Below, one piece after another: positions 38,701-50,700 of a DNA stretch of 64,000 nt. The notes beneath the pieces were generated by a model, which did no database searches, had not been told where the DNA came from, and worked only from the letters and a program-made list of their open reading frames with translations. Both the position numbers and the translations under genes were made by a program. The DNA lies in the NCBI GenBank assembly GCA_013265495.1, contig MU058781.1, positions 11,699,009 through 11,763,008 of the forward strand, in the 5' to 3' direction. Within the stretch, counting starts at the first letter, position 1, and every line of letters begins with the position of its first letter. The stretch comes from Vicugna vicugna. Its lineage: Eukaryota.

Positions 38701-41700
38701 TAAGGAAAAAGGAGAGTAAGATTTCAAAATCTAGTCTTCAATAGCACATTTTGAACTTCCAAGTAAATAAATTCATCCTATTTGATTCAGTGGGTTCTGA
38801 ATGAGGACGATTAGCTTGATTCCACCCTAGGATTGTAGAAAGACTACTTTCTTCCACCAACTATTTTCAGATGTTGAGCCCCCAAGGATGCAGGGGAAAG
38901 AGTAACCAGATCAACACAAATCTCTCACCTTTTGGAAATTTATTCAATGACTCTTGGGGCAAAGCCATCTTCTCACATGAAAGACAGAAGTGTATGATCA
39001 TCGTACATGATATTTCAAGATGAAAGTAGAGCAGTTATTCAATAAAGGAAATTTTGATGAAATTACTATAGGTGAAGTATAGAATATCTGTTGCCTTTTG
39101 GAAAAAAAGCTTTGTCCCTGGTACTCCATAGAGTATGTTACTGCTAATTTGTTCTGTGTAAGATTATCTGAATGACAGCCCATTTTTCTTAGACAGGGAT
39201 GGAATATACTATATTCTATGGAAAATGAAGATGGAAGAAGATGAACATAGGATGAAGTGGGGAGGGTATAGCTCAAGTGGTAGAGTATGCATGCTTAGAA
39301 TGCATGAGGTCCTGGGTTCAACCCCCAGGACCTCCTCTAAGAATAAATAAATAAACCTAATTACCTCCCCCTACCAAAAAAAATCACTTAAAAAAAGAAT
39401 TTAAAAAATTGAACATAGGATGAAATTTTGGATAGCTATTATTTTCCTTCCTTCCGAGAGTAGTTTTCATTTTGGATTGTTGATGAGGATAAGAAAATAC
39501 CTTTGTACTCCACAATAATGCAAGTGTCCATCTCAGGATGAACACCATCCATCAAAATCATGAATCGAAGATTTCTGTCCACCTGGAATTTAGCAATAAA
39601 AACAACAACTGTTTATATCAGTTTGGCTTTTAATTCAATATTTGAAGAAGTTGTCGTCTCTTTTATAAAGAAACCCCCCTTATTGGGAACTGGACTTATT
39701 ATCCAGTACAATAGAGTCATATCATTGATAAATGGAGAGAAAATCCATCTTTTATTTTAGCTTAAATAGAGATTTACACAGTACTATGTATTTCCACCGT
39801 ACCATGTACAAAGTCGGCCTTTGTTTTTTTAAAGTGACTATCTCATTTAAAATTTACTCCAGGAAGCATAACTGAAAAGCGTGGAAAGAACACGGATATC
39901 CGACCTGCTGCCATATTCCAAACGGCACTACATGGATATTCGTCAACTGGACACCACTCCGATTCAGATTCCAAAATACAGGTCTTTCCGTGTTTCCAAC
40001 ATAAATGGGAATATCGGATCTTCTCTCAGCAAGCTTCTTCAATGTGGGGTAACTAGGATCAGAAGGACAGAAAGGTTGAAAGGTGAAAAAGTAGGATCAT
40101 CTAGTAGAAGAGACAGTTGGCTCCTTAAACCAACATATTGACCAAGAAGCAAGGAACTTAAAAACCAGACCCTCACCAGAGTCCAAAAGAAGAGTTTTTT
40201 TCTCAACGTTGACCATACAATGAGGGGAATTTCCTAGAAGATTCCTCTTTATTGTTAGAACATACCATACACCATGGCATGTACATCTAAGCAGATGTGC
40301 AAATACCCATCTCCCACACTGATGCTGCTCTGAGCAAAGGTAATTCTAACAGAAGATACAGAGTGGAGAAGTCATGCTAACGTGGTTTCTGGTAGGTGAC
40401 AATCTCCATGAGTTTCATTTTTTCCTCATTCCTCAAGCAGCAGCTCCCAATAAGAGAAAGGCTTGGCTCTAAGACAAGGAGAACCTGTGGACTGCCTTCC
40501 ATGGAGGCCAATTTCTCAACCTTCAAAGGTTGATAGACACATTAGGATACAGAATGAATTCTTTGTCCTTAAGGAGAGTGGCTTACCAGCTAGGCAAGAC
40601 ATTAAAATTTAGTGTAGAGGAAAACTACGTTACCATTTGTAGTAATCCCAGCTCAGTACACAATCAACCATCCAAGCACTTTTGAGTGCCTAATTAGATG
40701 GTCAACTTTCATTTATCGAACACTCATTATATAAAAGGATTATACATCACTGTGGCTGTGGCAAAAAAGATGAATAATAAACAAATAAATGGCTGTATAG
40801 GTATCTATTATATTTCAGTCATGGTGTTAGGCACTTTCACATATTATTTTACTTGATTGTCACACACACACACAAACCGTTGACTTTTTTGTTTGTTTTC
40901 ATAAATGATGAAACATATTCAGAAATATACAACTAACAAATAGTAAATTGGCATTCAAATTCAGGTTTTCTGATCCTAAATTTAGTGCTTCTTCTATTAG
41001 AATGCAATTCCAACTTTAATGAAAGTACTATCTGGTTTAAGAATCAGACTTGTACATAAAATATAATGTCAGGTGAAATAAGATATTTAATTGTATGCAA
41101 AGCATAAACAAAACCAGCATATCTGTACTTAATACCGATTCTAATATTCAAGTTCCAGCATTGTATTAAATAGAATCCAGAGGGAAAAAATCAGTAGATT
41201 TTCTTCTCTAAAAACAAAGGATTCAAAAAAATCAAGGATTCCTTGAACATGTCTTCAGTCTCTGGGTTAACTACCTAAATTTTCTATTTTAAAGGACTTT
41301 GGGAGTCAGGATAAATTATTCTATCATGGATGTTTATTGCTTCATGATTTTTAAATTGTTGACAATTCTTACTGGCATCTATTAATAATATCATGTTACA
41401 ATTCTGACGTATTTACATAATAAAATCACATTTCCTCGACTAAAGACTGTTTTCTAAAGCACATTGATCTTTCCCCCTTGCTTTTGTGAATCAAGGAGAT
41501 TTTATTCAGTAAGTAAAGGTCAGATAAGAGGAATGGGGACAAATGACTTTTGTATTTATTAGCTGAATAGGTAAGAGTTAAAAAGTAAGGGTCAGGGGAG
41601 GGTATAGCTCAGTCATAAAATGTGTGTTAAGCATACATAAGGTCCTGGGTTCAATCCCCAGTACCTCCATTCAAAAATAAATAAATAAAAAACCTAATTA

Positions 41701-44700
41701 CCCCCCCCCTACAAAAACAAAACAAAAATGTAATGAAGTAAAAAAAAATAGCAATAATAATAATAATAATAAAAAGTAAGGGTCTATTCTATATCAAGGA
41801 AATAAACTCAAAGGAGTGAAAATTACAAGCTTTGATAACTTTTCAGTAATAAACTATTTACAATACACTACACAACCAATGCATTGTGATACTACAGTTG
41901 AGAATTGGTGTTTTAACGCCTGGCAACTTGGCCCACATAAGCCCCTGAAATGAAAACTAAATTGGTTTTCAGGAAGCAGTTGGGAAAAAACTGGACCAAT
42001 AACATAGTAAGTTCTTATCCTCCCAACAATTCAGTATATATTCATAGACTGTCTCTCATTAGACAAAGGTATCTTGTTAACAGGCACTATAAAGCAATTA
42101 CCTTGTTTATGAGATACTAATCTCTCTAGAGAAGCTGTATACAGTTACTCCTACACAATATTGTTATTACACAATGCACAAACCCAGGGTTCTCATAATC
42201 CTGAAGTTTTACAAGTTTACTTCCAGAAGCTTGTATGGAACAAAGGTATCATGCAGCAGACGAGGAGATTTTTAATTGTAGCATCACAATATCTCAGTGG
42301 GTGGTGTTCAATTTTTAAGTGTGTTGCAGGTAATTTGTTACTAAGGCAGTTAATTACTTAAGTTTTTAAAAAAGAGGGAACATACTCATGCCTTAGAGAT
42401 CTCATATGCTTTCAATAGAAAAATCAAAGGGCCATTCAACCAGCAAACAATGTATTTTCCCTAATCGTGGACACTTCTATCAAAGTATGTTCTTCAAGTG
42501 AACTTTGTCACATAAAGCCACAGAAGAAAAAAAGATTGAAATGGCTTCATTTTAGCACATTGTGGGCACTGCTACGTGTTTACCTACGTGTTTACGTTGG
42601 CAACCCAGCAGCAGCGACCCAAACTTCTACAATCAGGACCCTGTAATGAAGCCAGGGGATTGGGACTCCGACCCTCCCTCTTCTGATAATCGTTTCTTCA
42701 TGAATGTGTGTGTTTTTGTACATAAAAGATCTTCTTTCTCCCTCCTTTTTGATTGCCTGAGTTAGGGAAGTTTCAGTTCCTGTACTCAGTATCTTAGGGC
42801 TCTGGTTTCAACAGAGTGTTGAGGGGCAGGGGTTGACTCAGGGTCCAAAAGCTGGGAGCTCAGTGTCGTTGAAGTGCTACAAATCAGGAATTGGTAAACC
42901 ACAGCAACCTGCCGCTGTAAGCTAGGGACGCATTTTACCTTTTTAAAGGGTTGAAGAGGAAATCAAAAGGGCAAGCCTATTCGGCGACACATGAAAAATT
43001 TATGATATTCACATGTCATTGTACATAAATAAGATTTTATTTGGAAGACAATATGGCTTATTCAGGATTGCCTATGGCTGTTTTGTACTGTAACAGCAGA
43101 GCTGAGTCATTGAGACACTAACCATATTGCTTGTAAAGTCCAAAATAGTTACACTCTGATCCTTTATAGAAAGGGTGTGCTGACTCCAGCCATAAATGTA
43201 GTTTTTTTATTGAACCATAGTGAGTTTACAATGTGTGTCAATTTCTGATGTGCAGCATGTTTCAGTCATACATATATTTGTTATCATATTCTTTTTCATT
43301 TTAGGTTACTGCAAGATATTGAATATAGTTCCCTGTGCTCTACAGAAGAAACTTGTTGTTTATGTCCACTCATAAATGTTGACCAAAAAAAGGAAGTCAA
43401 TTTTGATGATCCTTAAACTTAAGACTTTCTTCAAGTAGCCTGAGGGTGGGAAGTGAGAAGATAGTTATTAAACCCTTTCCTCCTTCCCACGATAGCTCCT
43501 TCTACATTTCCAATGGTATACTGCGTGAAAGTACTTTAAAAATTATGCTATGCAGCAACATGGATGGACCTGGAGATCGTCATTCTAAGTAAGCCAGAAA
43601 GAGAAAGAAAACTACCCTATGATAACACTTATATGTGGAATATTTTTTTAAAAAGAAGCAAATGAACTTATTTACAAAACAGAAACAGACTCACCGACAT
43701 AGAAAACAGGGGGAAGGGAGGTGGGAAGGGATAAATTGGGAGTTTGAGATTTGCAGATACTACTAACAAGTTTCTACTGTATAGCACAGGGAACTATATT
43801 CAATATCTTAAGTAACCTATAATGAAAAAGAATATGGAAAGGAATATATGTATGACAGAAACATTACGCTGTAAACCAGAAATTGATACAACATTGTAAA
43901 CTGATTGTATTTTAATTTTAAAAAATGGTTTAAAAATTACGCTATGCAAATGTAAGCATTTATCTAAATTAGTCCTCTTTTCATCATCCCAATGAATCTA
44001 CCTCAAAATGAGCAGTGATCGAAAAGATGCAAAAGAACTGAAAAAACAGTGATGCCTTTGCTGTAGCATTTTCTTCTGAGTTGAGCGCTCAGACTTCATT
44101 ACCTCAGGTGGTCTGAGTGCATGTGACTGATGTAGATTAGGTCCGCTTGGCACAGCCTCTCCAGCCAATCAGATGGAGGCTCATGTAGTAACCACCATCC
44201 TCGGGCAAAAGCAGGACCAATTAACCAAGGGTCAAACACCATCCTTTTGTCTCCCAGCTTGAGGTCCATGCAGGCATGAGTAAGGTACGTTACCTGTTGG
44301 AAGACTGAGATTCAGATTATCGAATCATCACCCACCAGCAACAATGAACTGTGCTGGTTAGCTAACAAGTCACTTTGGAGAACTTTGCTCCTAAGCACGT
44401 TCAGTGAAATGGGACTCAAGGGAGACGCAGCAGGAGCATCTGTATAGAAGACAACTCCCAGCAGAGATCACTTTACTTTTTTAGAATAGAAATTCTCATG
44501 GTTGGTTTTAGGTGTCAAACCAATTGATTTACCCAGCTCTACTCTATTTAAATTAGCTCCTAAATATTTATTTATAGTCTGCACTGCAGAATATCTTTTG
44601 TGACCAGTTCCTTCAAAGCACAATTTACAGGGAAAGACAGTTAGAGATGTCATGGCAGATATTTAGGGATTTAGTTGCCAGAGTGGGCGCGAATGGACAT

Positions 44701-47700
44701 CTCAGCGAATGATTCCTGGTGGGCTGGCAGAGCCTTGTAGGGCTTTCTCTTCTAAACTACTTGCTGACTCACTCAGGATGTCAAGGTGTCTGAGAATGGC
44801 TGTAAACAATGACTGAGAGACAGCATGGACTAAAGGATTCTAAATCAATTCGTCACTCCCTTCCCATGGTCTGGCATATCCACATGAAAAGGGAACACAC
44901 CAAGAAGCAGAGATAAGGTAATAGAAACTCCCGTGTGAAAAGCCAACAGAGGGTAAAGAGAGGTCGACAGATCAAATTCAGGTTATTATGCTTGTAATGC
45001 GTAGGTTCCACTTTGTTTCCTCCAAAAAGTAATGGTCCATTTTCACAAGCTTCCCAAATGCTCCAGCAAAATTAGTTTTTGATTGTTTACCTCTCCCAAC
45101 TACCAACGTGTTCTTTCTGGAGGAAACTCCCTTCTAAAAGTAGGAAAATGCACAAGAAGGTTTGTGAAAAGATCTTACAGCAATACACAGAAATATACAA
45201 CTGGCCACTTTATCTGACAATGATCTGGTATTAAGGGCAATTTCTGAACTTCCTCCAGTAGTTTTCCATGTTTCTCCTTTGGGACGACCTCTTAAAGTTT
45301 TCTTGTTTGTTTGTTTGTTTTTTATTTTTTTCAGGATCTATTTCCTTGTACTCCCTGCAAAGTTCTGGGGATTCCTAAAAAATTTGCTCAAGAGTTCAGA
45401 ATTACTTTATTTTATGTCCTAACTAGCCACATCCAAGAATATTCAAGGTAATGTAGGGTGTAAATATATACATCTTGGTTTTATGTTTGTTTTTAAGACT
45501 ATAATAATTTAGTGTTTTCTTACCTGTACTTCCCCAAAAGCCAAATCTTCAGGAGATCTGGGATCTGAATCCCAGGGGTTAGGAGGATTCAGTTCCAGAA
45601 GCAAAAGTCCATTTTCTTTATCCTTTTCTACAACTAGAACCAAAGGGGAGCAAATCTGGATTAACAACAAAAAATGACTTTAAAGAAGCATCACTGAAAT
45701 AGGAATGTATGGCTCAGGTACACAGAGTACAAAAATCAAAACAAAAGGCAATTTTCACTTGGGTCAAGCAATATCTACCGAGATGAGGGTTGAAGACCAA
45801 CACCCATTCGTTTCTTTATTTATATTACACTTAAGGAACTCATGAGATCTCAGGTGTGTCAGGGACACAGACACACACCAACAACTTCATTGCAATCAAA
45901 TGAATGATTCATAGAAATGAGTTCCAGGTGCTACAGGAGTGTCCAGAAAGGAACACCCAGTCTGATTGTAAGAGTCAAAGCAGATTTCAAATAGAAAGTA
46001 ATCTTTCAACTAGACTTGAAAGATGAGATACTTGGGGCTGACAAAAGAAATATGATGATGTGAAGCAAAAAGAATGAGAGAAGAGCAAATAAAGGCATGG
46101 AACCATGGGAGAGCTTGATATACAAAGTGACTGGTACTTTATGATCAAGGAAAATGGTGTTTGAGCCAGGCGGGAGAGACAGGTCAGAGTAGGTCACAGA
46201 GGACCCTAGATTCCCTGTAAAGGAAGAGTTCAGATTATATCTTGTGGCAATGAGGAGTCAGTGAAGAATTTTAAGTAATTGTGGCAGACACGCTGGTGGC
46301 GTATACAAAATCTATACACTTTCTTCTTCCTTACTATTAGCACCCTGTTTTTATTTTTTATTTAAAAAATTTTTTAGGAATGGTGATACACTTGTTTAAA
46401 GATCATGATTTCCCAGACCCCCTTGCAATTATGAGTGGCCATAGACACAGCTCTACATACAGTATTCATAGCTCTGGCTGGTGAGACGTGAGCAAAAGTC
46501 TAATGGTGGGACTGTCAGGAACACGTTTATTTTCCTGACAAAGAGGGACAAACTCAAGGGATCTGTACTGTTTGCTCATCGTCTTTCCCCATCTTGTGTG
46601 GAACTTGGTTGTCATGCTTAGAGGAACAGGAGACATCCTGAGACCCTGAGGAGAAAAGCCAGGCACTAAGGATAACAGAGCAGGAAAATAGAAGGGACTT
46701 GGCTCCTTGAGAAACCATGGACCAGTCATAATGCCCAGGACTGTCGCTTTCCAACTTCTTGTGAGGTAGGAAAAACACCTTCTAGGGAGGGGAAGGGTAT
46801 ATCTCAGTGTAGAGTGCTTGCCTAGCATGCACAAGGTCTTGGGTTCAATCCCCAGTACTGCCATCAAAATAATAAATAAACTAACTACCTCCCCCTCACA
46901 CCAAAGAAAGAAAGAAAGAAAGAAAAACACCTTCTGTATAACTGGGCCACTCTTCTTTGGGTTTTCTATTACAAAAGCTGAAAGCAATACCTAACTGCTA
47001 GAGCAAGAAAGTATTAAAATCAGATCTTCATTTTAAAAAGACCTCTGTAAGACACATGGAGAGGATTCATTGGAGGGAGGTGGGACCTTGTTTGAGAGCC
47101 TTCCCCATTGTTTTGGGAGACCATCAGAAAACCACTGATGGACGTGTGTTCGGGAGACAGATGGCCTGTTCAGAACCCTAATGCTCCCACTTAATAACTT
47201 AATAGTTGGATGATCTTGGGCATTTTTTTTCTCTTTAACCCTAGCTACCTCCAAGGACAGTTAATTCTAATAAGTGCCAGCAATTTTTATTAATTGCTAA
47301 ATGAAAGCAAATGAAGTCCTAGACCAAAGCCGTCCCTGTGGAAATGGCATCACTGCTCTGCCCTCAAAGTCAAGCATTTTCCTACTTTCTTCAAAGTCTG
47401 TTTAATGATGTTTTGCCTATACTTGCCAAATGAATATTAATTACACTCACTTTAAGATACCTGCTAGTGGAAGAAACTGAGGAAAAAATTACCCATAAAA
47501 TGAAAAATGATGCATTTTGGAGTCTTCCCTAGTAGCTATGAACAAAGACTTTTATATGCTGTCAAATTCCAATTTTCAAGGTCAACTTGAGGGGCCACAA
47601 TAAAGAAAAATTTGACAACTTAAAGAATTACCTCCCCCCAAAGTCTGTTTTTCTCTCTCTCATTGACCTGGCTTCATCCTCATGGCTACAGACTTATATC

Positions 47701-50700
47701 CTCCTTCTTTGCCCCTGACAAACTGGTGACTCACTTCGATGGTCTCCTTGGAACGCTTTCGTTACTATCAGCACTACCCACTCCCCGACCTCGTTGAGGA
47801 CTCAGATGCCACCTTATCAGAGAGGGCTTTCTGACCACCTTATCTCAAAGAGTGCTCTCCAGCTTTCCGCCCCTTGTAATTTTTCTTCCTAGCCCTTAAT
47901 GTCACTGGACAAATCTACATATTGTTTGCTTATGGTCTGTCTCCCCTATAAGACTGTGAGCTCCATGAAATCTGGGATTGTGGTTTGTTTGCTGCTGTAT
48001 CAACAGTGTGCCAAGAACAATGCTCAGCTCACAGTCGGCATTTCTTAAATACTTTTTGAGTTAATTGATTAATTAATGGTGTTAATTCCATGTCTTCCTA
48101 GACTCTCTTGGGGTTGTACATCACCCTCTCTCAACATAGGCACTGCTCCTGTCCCGACTTGGCACTTCAAGTTGGGAAATTTAGGTATAGGATTATCTCA
48201 ATTTGAGCTAAGAATAAAATGTATTACTTCTTCATTTTTAAAAGAGTACTTTAAAAGCTAGAAACATGATTGTACCAGACAGCTTCATGCTTCCCTACAG
48301 ACCCCCTCTTCTCTACCTGTCTCCACCCTTGTCCACCTGTTTTCTGCTCCAGGAGGTTGACTTATCCAGACCACATCAAAGGGCTCCCGTACTCTCCACC
48401 CTCTAGGTGAGTTTGGCCATTGGGAAGCCCCAGGGTGAGATGGTGAAAGAAATCAGTGAGGCTGGGTTGGCTCTTTCCCTGTAAGGTCATTTGACCTAGC
48501 TGAGCTCTGAGTGAGACAGAGGTCACTGTTCATCTCATGGAAGCCAATTCTTTATGACTCTCTCTTCTTCCAGATTCTGGAAACTGCTCCCCTCTCATTG
48601 CTTTGGACCTAAAGATGGATAACTTGGTTTTTATCAACTCCAGATTACTCTACCTTCCCTGAGATTCTCCCACATCTACACCTTATTAAAAAAAAAATTC
48701 CTTTTGTGAATATATCCTCCTCAAACCCCCAATTGGAGGATGCCATCTGTTTTCCTTTTGTGACTATAATGAATACAATAATCAAGACTAGCTCTCCTGT
48801 AACCCCAAATTCAGAAGAGTGATTACCTCTGGGAGATGACAGGATATATAGTATGATCAAGGGAAGGTATATAAAAACCTTCTGGGGTTAATGTTTTATG
48901 TCTTAAGCTGAGTGCTGGGTGCATGGCTATTCACTCTGCTATTTTTATACCTTTTAAATATTGCTTAAGAATTTAATAGAAGCATATTAATTAGTATTTT
49001 TCCTAGTAATAGTTATCAACTTATTTAATAGTAAAACACAACTGGCTTTCTTAATAAAATCAGGACCACAGAAAAGATGCTTAATATCACCATTATTATT
49101 AAAATATGTCCTTGAAAATGCAAGTTATATAATAAAGATATATCTTATCATTATTTCCAGGCTATATGGTTGCTGGAAAACAGTGTAATGAAATAGGCAG
49201 AATGCTGGATTTGGGAACATCTGGGTTGGGGTCACGACTGTGCTGCTTATTACCAGCATCCTGGGTTTCAGTTTCCTGATCTGTAAAATAGGATTATCAC
49301 ACATATTTCATAGAGTTATTGTGGGGATTAAATGAGATAATAGATCCCAAAATGTCCAGCACTATGCCTGGCACAGGGAAGGCATTTAATAAATAATAGT
49401 ATTATTGTGGTAATTATTTTACCTTCAAAGAATGAAGTGTTAAAAAGAAAGTTCAGTATTGGACAAACAAAAGTATATGCTAGCAAATAACATACAAAAA
49501 TACAAGGTATTCAAAAACTAACTCATGGACATAGAATGCAAAGGGGAAAGGACAGAAAGGGATAAAATTAGGGGTTGGGGATTAATACTCACACATTGTT
49601 ATATATAAAATAGATAAACAACAAGGACCTACTGTATAGTACAGGGAACTATATTCAATTTCTTGTAATAACATATAATGGAAAAGAATCTGAAAAGAAA
49701 AAATATGTATGTATGTATATGTATAATTGAATCACTGTACACCTGAAACTAACATTGTAAATCAACTACACTTCAATAAAAATTTAAAAAAAAAAACAAG
49801 GTATCATAGGAGACTCCCAGAAAACTGCATTGATATCCACTCTTCAGGATTTTCCTTCTTTAGAATTTTTCTCTCTTTCAAGAGAAATAGAAGAATGTAA
49901 GAGCCTATAATTCTTAACCATTATTTCAAAGCAAATACCATAAAGGTTTTTATGACCCTTGCACAAAGATAAATTGCATTTATGCACTGAAGGAAAACAT
50001 AATCTCTGCCAACTTCCTGCATCTATAAAGCAGGAGAATGTGGAGACCTTATTTTGATCTAAGTCTTTGGGGTTGTAACTTAATATTTATCCAGAAGAAC
50101 AAACAAATAGAATTCATTAAAATCTTTTTATAAGGAAGACCAATGAAGAAGAATTGGAACAAAAACATATTAGAAAACTATAATTGAATCATTGATTATT
50201 GGCATAAGGACAGTCAAGGAGAGGATCCTATTTAAATAACTGTTTTTTATGTTCTAAAGGAAAGCAACCAAGTGGTTAAAAAGTATATTAAAAAAAAAAA
50301 AGAATATCAAAGGGAAGAGTTTTAAGTTTAATAGCAATGGAAACAATTCCGGTAGAAAATCTGGATACAAATGTAAAATGAAAAACTTCTACCACCAAAG
50401 AAAATTGGCCAACACATTTGTAAAACATTAGCATCATATTCGAGAGACAAATGCAATTGAAAACAGTGTGCTATTTTTGTCTCAAATGAGGAAAGTCTGA
50501 AAGACTACGAATGCTCTGAGCTGGTAAGGCATGAAAGAAAAGGCTGGCTCATATACTAGTTTGGCGGGAACAAAAATTGGTTCATTCTAAAAACTGGATT
50601 GTAGTGCAATGCATATTAAAGAATGGATAACTAAATAATGGATTCATTCATTCATTTAGGACCTCAAGTAAAGAGGACTGTGTTAATCATACTTTTTAGT

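Noticed and set aside
39259-39335. tRNA-Ala-like sequences (also at 12288, 14085, 41595, 46785, 58680 and others)
   Set aside because: They have A/B boxes but no closing acceptor stem, and are followed by the SINE body, A-rich tail and TSDs. They are SINEs, not tRNA genes.
46466-46987. Longest ORF in the track (173 aa)
   Set aside because: Antisense translation across an MLT1 LTR and a nested SINE (VLGIEPKTLCMLGKHST is the SINE read backwards); non-ATG start.
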